Of a DNA stretch of 53,687 nucleotides, positions 23,545 to 34,284 are shown in pieces (within the stretch, counting starts at the first letter, position 1; every line of letters starts with the position of its first letter). Under the pieces are notes generated by a model, which saw only the letters and a list, made by a program, of their open reading frames with translations, made no database searches and was not told the origin of the DNA. Position numbers and translations under genes: made by a program. The stretch comes from Prorocentrum cordatum (taxonomy: Eukaryota): positions 62,001 through 115,687 of the forward strand of contig CAUYUJ010000300.1 of the NCBI GenBank assembly GCA_963575745.1, written 5' to 3'.

Positions 23545-23723
23545 TCGGGGATGGACAGACCCCCCTTTAGTAAAACGTGGTTTAGTGAAAACGACCTGAG
23601 GCCCAAACCTGGCGGGCGCAAGCCTGGAAAATAAGGCCCACGGGCACGGCGCCATCTCGAGCACCGAAAACGGACAATTCACCTAATCGACGTGTCACTG
23701 TTGGGGGTTCTGTCCACCCCCGA
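23545..23723. mobile_element. Fold-back MITE-like element, family D copy 2
   Basis: tcggggatggacagacccccc … gggggttctgtccacccccga. Flanks ccggt / ccggc match 4 of 5. Confidence 0.75.
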
Positions 23724-23935
23724 CCGGCAACGGACGATGATGACGAGGACAGACCAGGAGCACGCACACTGTTCGGCGGCAGCGGCCTCGCGCGCAGAGA
23801 CACGCGGCGGAGCAAGGCTGCAGCGCTGGCGCGCGCGCGCGGCCGGGCCCCTCCGGCGAGATCGCTCTGGCTCCCGCGCGAGCCCGCGGCGAGCATGGCA
23901 TCCGGGCGTGGCTGGCGTGCAGTGACGCGCCGCCC

Positions 23936-24111
23936 TCGGGAACGGCCAAGAGGGGGGTCACGACCGGCGCCATGTGCGCGGCCCAGCGGGGGGTGGCCAG
24001 GGACGTAAGTAATGAAATAAGAAGAGGCGCCACGAGATCTGGGGCGATGTCATGGCCCACGCCACGATATCCCCCCCCCCTAGTCATCACCCCCCTCTTT
24101 TCCGCCCCTGA
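23936..24111. mobile_element. Fold-back MITE-like element, family F, 5-bp TSD
   Basis: tcgggaacggccaagaggggggtcacgac … gtcatcaccccctcttttccgcccctga. TSD cgccc at 23931-23935 and 24112-24116. Confidence 0.75.
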
Positions 24112-25722
24112 CGCCCTCCGCTGGACATCCCCAGGCAGGGACGCGGCACGAGGCCCGCGTGGCAGGGTCGGCGGCGCGCGAGGGTCCCCCCGGGGCCCTC
24201 TGGGAAGTCACCGCGGAGCCCGCCCCGAGGGCGAAGGCAAGACCTCTCGGGAGGCCAGAGGCCTCCCGAGAAGCCCCGCCGCCCTTTGAGAGGGCCCTCT
24301 CCTCCTCACCTGCCCCCCCTCGCTCGCCGCCGAGAGGAGGACTCCTCCTCCTCCTCCTCCTCCTCCTCCTCCTCCTCCTCCTCCTCCTCCTCCTCGACCA
24401 TCTCCTCCTCCTCCTCCTCCTCCTCCTCCTCCTCCTCGACCATCGCCATCTGGGCGTGCATGGCAGGGAGGCGCCACGCTGCCCAACGCAGCAGAGCCTT
24501 GCAGGTCCTTGCGCGGACGTGGCAGAGACCCAGGAGAGGCAGGAGGTGCCGAGGAAGGCCGGCAGGGAACGCAGCAGAGCGCGGGCGGAGAGGGGCCCGC
24601 TGTGGGCACGGCAAGCGGGAACAGAGCCCGGGGCGGAGCGCCGCGTGGATGACCGGCGCGGAGAGGCCACCCAGCGGACTGCCCGCCGGGCGGCAGCGTG
24701 AAGGCGGGGAAAAAAGGGAGGGAGGGAGGCACCAGCAGGGGGCCATAATCCAGCCAGGAGGAGGACGATGATGATGATGCTGATGATGATGATGATGATG
24801 ATGATGAGGAGGAGAGGAGGAGGAGGAGGAGGAGGAGAGGGGAAGGACAATGATGATGATGATGATGATGAGAAGGAGAGAGGAGGAGGAGGAGGAGGAG
24901 GAGGAGGAGGAGAGGAGGAGGAGGAGGGGGAAGGAGGAGGAGGAGGAGGAGGAGGAGGAGGGGAGGAGGAGGAGGAGGCGGAGGAGGAGGAAGAGGAGGA
25001 AAAGGAGGAGGAGGAGGAGGAGGAGGAGGAGGCGGCCAGCGGGGGGCCAGAGGCCAGTCAGGAGAGCACCCGCCCTCGGCGCGGCCGGGCCGCCGCCGCC
25101 CCTCTTCCCAGGGCGCGGCGCGCCCCCCCCGCGGGCCCGCCATCGGGGCGGGGGGCGCCTCCGAGGGGAGAGGACGGCGGGAGCGAGGCGGCGGGGGCGA
25201 GGACTTGAAGTAGGGGGCAAACAAACCTACCTCGCTTTTGACCACCCTCGCTTCCAAGAGATACCAAGCGATGCCAAACTACGGCATGTACTGGTCAGGC
25301 CGCCTGACGAGGATGCGCATGGTATGACTTGGTTTTGCCTGGAAGCGAAAGCGGGGTAGGTAATTCACGCTCTGATGAAGGGGGCCCAGGGGCACACAAA
25401 GAAACAGAGGCACGAACAGCAGGACGCCCCCATCCTTCCCCACGCATTTTCTGGGTCAGAGTCTTCGCCCCCCCCCCCCCCCACACTTCCCACACTTTCC
25501 CGTGCGTTTTCCTGGGGAGTCGACGATGGATGGTGTCTGTGTGCCCCATCCTGGGAGGAGAGGAGGCCAGAGGGGGCCGCCGCAGAGGCCGGCGGTCGGC
25601 GCGGCTGTCCCCCCCGCGCTGCGTGGGCGCGCGAGGCCGGTGGTCGGCGGGGCGCCGGCGCGGAGCAGCGCCGCCGGCCCCGCTGCGGGGCGGCGAAGGG
25701 TCAGGTCGGGCCTGTCCTCAGG

Positions 25723-25923
25723 TAGAGGCCTCCTGGATGGGGTCGGAGCAGATGGGGTCGGAGGATCACGCCGCATCGCCGATACATCGGCAACATCGGC
25801 GATACATCGGCGATGTCGGCGTGGCGAAAGTCGGGCTCCGCATCGAACCGCATCGTCGATGCATCGGCGATGCGGCGTGATCCTCCGACCCCATCTGCTC
25901 CGACCCCATCTGAGAGGCCCAGA
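25723..25923. mobile_element. Fold-back element, family G, with perfect 48-bp arms and 5-bp TSD
   Basis: 25736-25783 is the exact reverse complement of 25863-25910. TSD tcagg at 25718-25722 and 25924-25928. Confidence 0.9.
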
Positions 25924-25924
25924 T

Positions 25925-26070
25925 CAGGGCTGGGCCTGAGCGGTGTTTTTCGTTTTCGTTGTGTGTTTCGTTTTCCCTCGTTCTGTCTTGAGTTCGCCCT
26001 TGTTGCAAAACGATATCGAAAACGAAAACGGCCCACGATGTCGCCCAAACACCGTTTAGGTCCACCCCTG
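25925..26070. mobile_element. hAT-type MITE (146 bp)
   Basis: TIRs CAGGGCTGGGCCTGAGCGGTGTTT / CAGGGGTGGACCTAAACGGTGTTT (20/24). 8-bp TSD cctgtcct at 25711-25718 and 26071-26078 once the family-G insert is removed. Confidence 0.8.
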
Positions 26071-27161
26071 CCTGTCCTCCTACAGGGGAATTTGGGACGA
26101 AAAATAAAAAATAGTCAAAGCATATGCCCCAACGTGGTCAACAAAATACTCCAAACATCGTCCCCGGGCTATTTCTTTACTATGTTTGCAGAGGTCGTCC
26201 AATATTCGTTGAGAACACCCTACTCGTGGAGGGAACTGCCGCCACGGCAGCGTGCCACAGACCCTTGGGATCACCCCCCACCCACCCCCACGCACCCCCC
26301 CTGGGCATCCCTCCCCCTCCTCCTCCTCAGCTTCCTCATCCTGTTCCTCGTACTCCCCCCCCTTCCCTCCGCGCCCCCCTACGCCCCCTCCTTCCCGTAT
26401 TTTCGTGTTTCCCATTTTCATTCCCCCCCTTCTCTTCTCCTGGTCCTACCCCCCGCACTATCAATCCTCCCCCCTTTCTACGGCCAGACTTCCGAGTCCT
26501 TTCCTACCCCACCCCCGACTGCTACATTTTTCAACAGCCCACAAATCCTCTTCCTCCTCTTCTACGGCCCACGACCTTCTTCTGGTCCCACTCTCCTCTT
26601 TGCCACCCCTACTCTCAAGACGACGAGTCGAGAGCGAGATGGATGCCCTGCCGCAGGCTCGGAGATGCAGCGATGCAGAGTCGGAGCAGGAGGGGCCAGG
26701 GGAAGAAGGTGGAGTAGGAGGGCGCGGAGGGAAGGGGGAAGATCAGGAAAAGGATGGAGAATCTGCACGCGCAGCGCTCGCGAGCCGCGAGCTGTCTCGA
26801 TGTCAGATGTTCAGATGTCTCCGACTCCGACGCGCCGTTGCCGCCGCCGCGAGCGGAAGGAAAGGGTGAGGGGGGCGGATGGACACCCCCTCTTCCTATT
26901 CCTTTTCCTCCTCATTCTCTTCCTCATCCTCATCCTCCTCCTACTGCTCCCCCCCTCCCCCCCGCTGCCCCTCAACCCACCCCGCCCTCTGATTCGCGAC
27001 AGCGGCATCGGCGCGTCGGAAATGGCGGCCTGCCCCCGCCCTCGGCGCGCCCCCTGGCCGAGGGGTGGCAGGGGCAGGCTGGCGGCGGCGGCGGCGGCGG
27101 CGGGCGGGCGCGCCGGCGGGCCGGGGGCCGTCGGGGCCGAGCGGCCGTTGCGGCTCGAAGC

Positions 27162-29186
27162 TCATCGCGCCGCGAAGCCGCCGACGCCCGCCGCCTTGCG
27201 CGGCCGCTTCGCCGCAGGCGCGTCGCCCCACTCCATGGGGACGCGGTAGCACTTCACACCTGGGGAGGAGGAGGAGGAGGAGGAGGAGGTAGGAGGTAGA
27301 GAAAGGAAGAGGATGAGGAGGAGGAGGGGGAGGGGAGGGGGGGAGGGAGGGAGGGAGGGAGGGAAGGAGCGAGGAGGGGAAGGAGGAGGAGAGGGAGGAG
27401 GAGGAGGAAGAGGAAAAGGAGAAGGAGGGTGGAGGAGGAGGAGAATGAAAAGGAAGATGAGGAGGAGGGCGATCATTCCCTCCCTGCCTCCTCTTGCCTA
27501 CTGCCTCTCTTTTCTCTCCCGCACTCCGCCTTGCTTCCCCCTCGGCGCCCACCCCCCACCCCCTCGCCGACCTCGTCGCTCGCCCGCCCCCCCGCTCCGC
27601 CCGCAGGCGCAGCCCACTCCATTCCCCCCCACCACCCCCCCCTAACCTTCTCCCACCTGATGGGCCGCGCGGCCGTGCAGCTGCGGCAGCGGCGACGGCA
27701 AGGGGCTTGCCGTCGCCGCTGCAGCAGCCGCCTCCCTCGTTTACCCACCCCTCCCCCCGCTTCCCGATACTGCCGCGCTGTCACGCGGCCATTTGGATAG
27801 CTCCCCCGACCCACGACGTCGTGGAAACTTGGGTTGTCCACAACCATGGGGACGCAGTATTCCCAATCCTTGAGGTAGCTGTCGCTGAGCAGCTTCACGC
27901 GCTCGAACTGTATCATGTGGGTCGGCTTGGGCGGCTCGACCTTGGCTGAGGGGGCGGTCAGGCTATGGCAGAAAGGAGTGGAGGAAAGAGAGGGAAGAAA
28001 GAACCTTCTTCTTGCCCTTCTTGGACTCCTTCTTCTCACCCTCCTTCGCATCCTTCTTCTCAGCTGACTTCGGGAGCACTGGGATCAGCCAGGCAGGGCA
28101 GCATTCACTTTTGTTCGCGTTCATCCAGCCACTGCCGTCGAGGTACAGTGCTGGCTGGCCTGGTGCAAGCTTGCGTGGGTTCAGGCTGATGCACGTCCCT
28201 GGGCGAAAGGGCTCGTGCTCGCTCGCTCTCTCGACTCTCGATCGCCCCCCTGCTCCGCCTGCCCTGCCAGGCCAGTGCCGTGGCCGCCGCGCGAGCGGCT
28301 GCCGTGGGCCAGGACGCGCAACTCAACCTCCTCTTCCCTTCCCTTCCCCCTCCTCGCCCTCCTCCGACGCCTCCGACTCCGACCCCGACCTCTCCTCCCA
28401 CCCACTGCCAACTCCTCGTTCTCGCCCACCCCCCCACCCCATCGCCCACCTCTCCCTCTCCAAACCCCCTTCCCATCCTCCAGCTACAGCCACTTAGATT
28501 TCGATCCCGACTCGCGCGCGTCGATCCGACTCCCCGACTCCGCATCCCGACTCCGCATGCTTCCCCTTCTCCTTATCATCCTTATCCGTCTCCCTCTCCC
28601 TCTTCCCCACCCCCTCCTCCTCCGCTCCTCGTCATCGTCTCCTCGCCCTCCTCCGCCCCCATCCGCCCCCTCGCCCTCGCCCTCGTCCTCCTCCTCCTCC
28701 CCCGACTCCTCCTCCATGTCCGCCACCCTGATCCCGCCCCTTCCCGCTTCTCTATCTCTTTGCCCCAGCGCCCCAGCTGCGCCTTTATTCAGATATTGCG
28801 CTGTGTTCGCGTCGACCACTTTGCCCCGCATGCGCAGCCTGGTGGGCCCCACCTCGCGCCGGATGATGCAGCGGCGCTTGACCTCGGGGGCGGCGCCGTC
28901 CTCGGGCGAGGGGCGGGTCGCGGAGAGGCGCGACGATGGCGACGGCCAAGACGCGGGGAACAAGACTAGAGATGAAACGACACTTGCGACTGCGACTCGG
29001 CGACGAGAGGCAAGAGAGGGGGAGAGGAGGAGGAGGAGGAGGAGGATGAGGAGGAGGAGGAGGAGGAGGACTGCATGGGAAGATGAGGAGGAAGATGGTG
29101 TGAATATTTGTTTTTGCCCGTTCGTCCTCGATCAGCAAGTCAGCAGCAGTTCCCCCTCCTCGCCAGGCGTCGCGTACCAGATATAC
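27162..29186 (-). CDS. 3' part of a multi-exon gene, C-terminal domain weakly SET-like
   Basis: Exons 29186-29127, 28900-28783, 28198-28005, 27940-27811 and 27259-27162 join in frame (GA, GC, GT, GT donors, all AG|G acceptors): …RRCIIRREVGPTRLRMRGKVV…LYLDGSGWMNANKSECCPAWLIP…PTHMIQF…VVGVKCYRVPMEWGDAPAAKRPRK…stop. May be the 3' end of the gene starting at 33912. Confidence 0.75.
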
Positions 29187-31287
29187 CTTGCAAAACGAAA
29201 GCAACACATGCAGCAACAAAAAACACCGAATTCAGAAAATCCGCAAACCAAATCTAACTGTTAACTTAGATTCCGTGCCCTAGGGGTACCCGCGCGGCCA
29301 CGGCGTCCGATTTGGCACCGACCATATCATCAAGATGGCCTGCGGGTCTTGCTCGCCCCTCCTGGATCGCGCCCGCGGCCCCAGCGCGCAGCCCCACGTT
29401 GGCAAAAGCCAAACCTCTGGCACATGGCCGCGTCTGCTCGCGAAAGGCGGGAAGTGCCACACAATGGGGATGCGCACCGTCAGGGGCAGCTCAATGAGCG
29501 CTGGGGCCCACGGCGGGCGGGGGCCTGCAGGCTGCGGGTATAGAGATGGCACGTGCGGTATTGCAGGGGGAGATGAGTAGTACCCTAAGTCCAAGGTAGA
29601 CCCACGGAGCCATCTGAACTGTCCAGGTCGATCACCGAGCAAATACTCAGGATAAGGACAGTTGGGATCAGGATTGGAGGCAGTCTCGATAGGGCAGTCG
29701 GAGTCGGGGTCGACAGGGACGGGGACGTCCTCTGCCGCAACCATTGGCTGCCCCAGCCCACCGATGAAACAGTTGAGCCAAAACTGCAGGGGGATGGAGG
29801 ATAAAAGCACGACATTGCGAAATGCGCGGCCGTCGAAGCAGATGCCAGAGAACTAAAAGGAGGAAGCAGGAAGAGGATGCAGACGACGACCGCAACGACG
29901 AGGGCGATAATGGACACCCCGCTCTCCCATCGTTTCCCCCGCCCACCCCCTGACTACGATTCGCCAGGGCGAAGAGAGGAGGGCGGGGAGAGCGACGACG
30001 ACGCCGACGAGGAACCACGAGGAGGCATGATATGGAAGGACATTGATGATAGGTCGTGGAAGCGACAGCGCCACACCCCGCCAGCAGGGTCGCAGCTGCG
30101 GTCCTCGCTGGGGCTCGGAAGCTTGCCATATGGCGCAACCCTCAGGCACGGTTCTCCTTCGGCTCGCCCTCCGTGGTGGGCCTGCCGTCCAAGGTGGAAA
30201 GCAGCTGGGCCCTCGCCAGCCCCATCAGGTAATCCTGAACCTTGCTGGCAGCGTACTTCGTGATGAAACCAGTCACGCAGTCCGAATGCTCGCGGGCAGG
30301 TCAAGGAATACCTGCGCCACCGTGGCACCTACCTTCGCGCTTCGCGCCCAGCTAGACACGGCGCGCGGGCGCGGATACCTTCGTGCCCTCGCAAGACCGA
30401 AGGTCTCAGAGGTTGGCGCCTAAGACGGGACTGGGCGCGACGTTCGATGCGCCGTGGGCAGTTGTCTTCGCGTTCGCCAACTCGGAGCTCGGGGGCTGGC
30501 CTTGGGCGCAGACTGCCAGCATGCCGAAGCCAGCTGGGGGGGGGCCTTTATTGAGAAGGGCAGAGGGAAAACGAAGACCGATGGGGAATATGACAAGGGG
30601 GAGAAGGAGGGAAAGGGACGACGGAAGGCAGAGAGAGGAAAGTGCAAAGGACTGACAGAGGAGGGCAGGATGACAGGAAGGACGAGGCGCCCTCCTCCTC
30701 CTTCTCCTTCAAGCGGCCCCACCATCTGTCCAGGGGCACCTCGCACATCTCCACGCATTCCCGCGAGCGCCCCTGAACCGCACTGCCTGCACCTGCCCCG
30801 TTGCCTCATGGCGAAGCGACACACGAATGGCGAAACAAAACATCTCACATGTGCCCATGCGTTGCCAACGTCAGCCAGCGCGGGTCAACTCTCACGTCCA
30901 TCCCCCCTCGTGATCTGTCTCACCCTTCTCCAACACTCTCCCCAGCCTCTTCCACCCCCGCTCCCTTTTTCCCCGTCCCCTTGGTCGCCGCGTCGCCACG
31001 TCGCCACGTCGCTTGCCGCCGCCCTCATCCTCGGCAACGTGGAGGGGGGTGAGCCCGCGGGCTACTAGTGGGGCCGAGGGCTGCAAGGCCCTGCAAGGCC
31101 GTGGTAGAAGGAGTTGGGGGGTCGCGCTGCATCGCCGCTGCATCGGCGGCGCGGCCTCGACGCGGGCCCAGCCCCCCCTCGCGCAAGCGTCGCCGATGCA
31201 TCGCCGACCGACATCGCCAACGCAGATGCGCCCCCGACGGCCCGACGCTGCGCCATCTTTCGCGCTGCTATCCCTGGGAGCCAGCCC

Positions 31288-32650
31288 CTGCAACCAGGAC
31301 AATGACAGCGACTTGGACGACGCCCAGTTGCCCTCGCTGGTGAACGTCGCCAGGACCTGGGCCTGCTGCGTCTGAGGCGGCAGCGGCAGCGGCGCTGCGA
31401 TTGTCTTGAGCTTCCCGAACACGGCGGCAACGACGTCGGCAGCCATCACCTTCGCGTTCACCGACCGGGCGCGCTCCTGGACGGGGGGCGAGAGGAGAGC
31501 GGGGAGGAGGGCATGGGGGGGTTGCGGCAGGAGGGCTGCAGGCCCCAGCCAGGCATGCGACAAACCATGCGGGGGCAAGGACGGGCCCAGGAGCCGCGCC
31601 TCCCGAACTTATGGCATCGCTTTTCCCGATCGGTCCTTGTCGAAGTTCGCCAGCGCATTCGCCGTCAACTTGACCCGCTCATCTGGGAACACAGCAAGAT
31701 TTGCAGGGACCATGTCTGCCGAGACCGATTGTATGGAAGCCTGGTTCGCCTTGAGATACTTTTTGACGTCCACTGCAGATCCGCAAGTGAGAATCTTCTG
31801 CAAGCTGCCCCGTCTGGTCTGGTACGCGCGAGGGCCTGCAACCGCGATCTCGTCGACGACCTCGAACGTGACAGCGATCACCATCATCAGCGCCTGGAGG
31901 CGCAGGAGGAGGAGGAGGAGGATGAGGAGGAGGAGGAGGAGCTGAGGAGGAGCTGAGGAGGAGGAGGAGGAGGAGGAGGAGGAGGAGGAGGAGGAGTGGG
32001 GGGCGAAGAGGAGGACGCGAAGGAGGAGGAGGTGGAATCATGGATGGATGGGAAAGAAGAGGAGGGGGGAGGGGGGGCGAGGGATGGCGAGCAACCTTCG
32101 GCCCGCGACCCCACCCCCCCACTCCTCGGGCCCTCGGGCCACGCCCCTGGCAAGGAGGGGGGAGAGGACAGGGGGTGGGCACCCTGATTGAGGCTCGGGC
32201 ACGGGAGCAGGTAGGGTTCGAGAGGCCACGTTCGCCCCCTGGAGACCTCAGACATCAAGGCATGCAGGAGGTTGCCTGGCGTCAGCTGGTTGTCATCCTC
32301 GAGCGCAGGGTTGCTGGCCTCTTCCAGGGCCTTCAAGACAGGGCTCAACGACTCCGAGACATAGGGCTTGCTCTCCATGGACGGGCCCATGCGGCAAGGA
32401 AATTGATGGGACCCCAAACTTGAGATGATGTACGTCGCGAGCTGGGTGCGCATGCGCCTCACGAACTTGAGCCCCATCTTCTTGTCGAGCATCTTGGTCA
32501 CCATTTCGTTGTCCGCGAAGATGCTCGGGCCAGTCGACTTGGTCAAGATCACGTCGCGGCACCTCCCCGCGGCGTCCCAGTCCAGCGGGCAAACGGCCAG
32601 CACGGCCTTGCTCGCCTACAACGGCATAGATGAAAGGAAGAGAGAGTGCG

Positions 32651-32686
<36 letters not shown>

Positions 32687-32743
32687 GGATCGCATCGCGG
32701 GTGAACGAGAAAGAGGAGGGAGCGCCAGGGAGAGAGAGAGAGT

Positions 32744-32814
<71 letters not shown>

Positions 32815-33912
32815 AGAGGGAGCGAGAGTGAACGAGAAAGATACATACGAAATAGGGAGCTAGAGCGAGAGAGAGGTAGAGCGGGAAGAAGAAGTGGGCC
32901 TCGGTCGCGAGCGTGCGAATCGCCTCGAGCTGCGAACCGAAGGGGCCGCCGTTCCTGCTCAGCTCGCCCAAGACCGCCACGAAGGCCACCCCAGCCGCCC
33001 CCGCGGCCCGCGTCTGCGCCATCAGAGGCGCCTGAAAGTTGCGGGCTCTCGCCGCCGAAGGCGATAGGGGGATGGACAAAAAGATGTGCACTTGCTCCGA
33101 GTAGATGGGGTTGGAAGATGCTGCATCGTCGATGCATCGGTTCGTCCCGCGCCGAACCGCATCGGATCGCATCGCAGTTGCATCAGATCGCATCGCATCG
33201 CCGAGGTAAGTGGCGCATCGAACTGCAACGCTGCAACGCCTACTGCGTGGGCCTCAACGCGCGATCCCTCAACCCCATCTACTATGAATCCGCTTGGGAT
33301 CCCAAGAGAGGGGGCAAGGGGTCGAGGAGGAATGAAGGTCAAGGAGGGGGCAGAGGCCGCAGGAAGAGTGACTAGTAGGGGCCGCAGCAGCAGGGGGGGA
33401 ACATGAGTAAGAATAGCGAAGGAAGGGCGGGCGGAGGAGCGGTGGAGGAGGGAGGGGCAGCAAAGGATGGAAGGAAGGAGGTAGGAACGTATGGTCAGAG
33501 AGCGATTGGCCCTTTGGCCACCCGAGCTAACCTCCAAAACCTTGTGCTCCTCAACGTGGGAGATAAGCTCAGCCATGGGGCCAGCGCATTCGTCCACCTT
33601 CTCCATCAGCTCCTGCTCGGTCGGCCCCGACAACAAGCCGTCGTCAACGCGCAGCACCCGCGCCAGCTCGTGATCATTGCCCGCCTCCTCCTTCAGCATG
33701 TCGAAATCAACGTCGGAAGGTCGAGCCTGGAGCTTTGCGCGACGGTGAATCTCTTTCTTGAAGATTGTCCGAAGGAGGCACCACCCTTTCACCTGTTTCG
33801 TCTCATCGTGGTCCAGCGTGAGGCGGATGCCCTTCTCGTCGCAGATGACACAGTACAGAGCAGAGAAGCGAAGCGACCGAATCAAATTCACGCTCTCCTT
33901 ACTGGGGGGCAT
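31288..33912 (-). CDS. Multi-exon hypothetical protein (>=460 aa, 3' end unresolved)
   Basis: Exons 33912-33532, 33094-32900, 32615-32247, 31893-31636 and 31476-~31288. Four phase-0 junctions with GT, GC, GT and GA donors keep the frame. Introns are filled with (GA)n/(GGA)n. Confidence 0.75.
33100..33283. mobile_element. Degenerate family-G-like fold-back element in an intron
   Basis: agtagatggggttg (33100-33113) pairs with caaccccatctact (33270-33283). Core gcatcg repeats as in 25723-25923. Confidence 0.65.
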
Positions 33913-34284
33913 CGGCTGTCGTCCGACCGCTGCCGCTCGACCGTCGCCCGGCCGTCGTCCTCAGTCCTCAGTCCGACCGTCGTCGTCTCACAGTCGTTTC
34001 GCCGTCGGCTGCTGACTGTCGTCATTTGACCGTTGACCGACCGTCGTCCGACAATCGCCTGACCGTCGTCCAACAGTCGACGTGACCGTCGCCCCGTCGT
34101 CGCCTGACTGTCGTCGCCCGAATGCGATTGTCATTGCTGTCCGACTGTCGCACGGCAACCGCCGTCGCGTGATTGTCGCCCGCCGCCGCCGTCAGACTGT
34201 CGTCCGACTGTCTGACTGTCGCCCCCCGACCGAGACCGTCGCCTGACTGCCGTCTGACCGTCGTCGCCCGACCGCACCGTCGCC

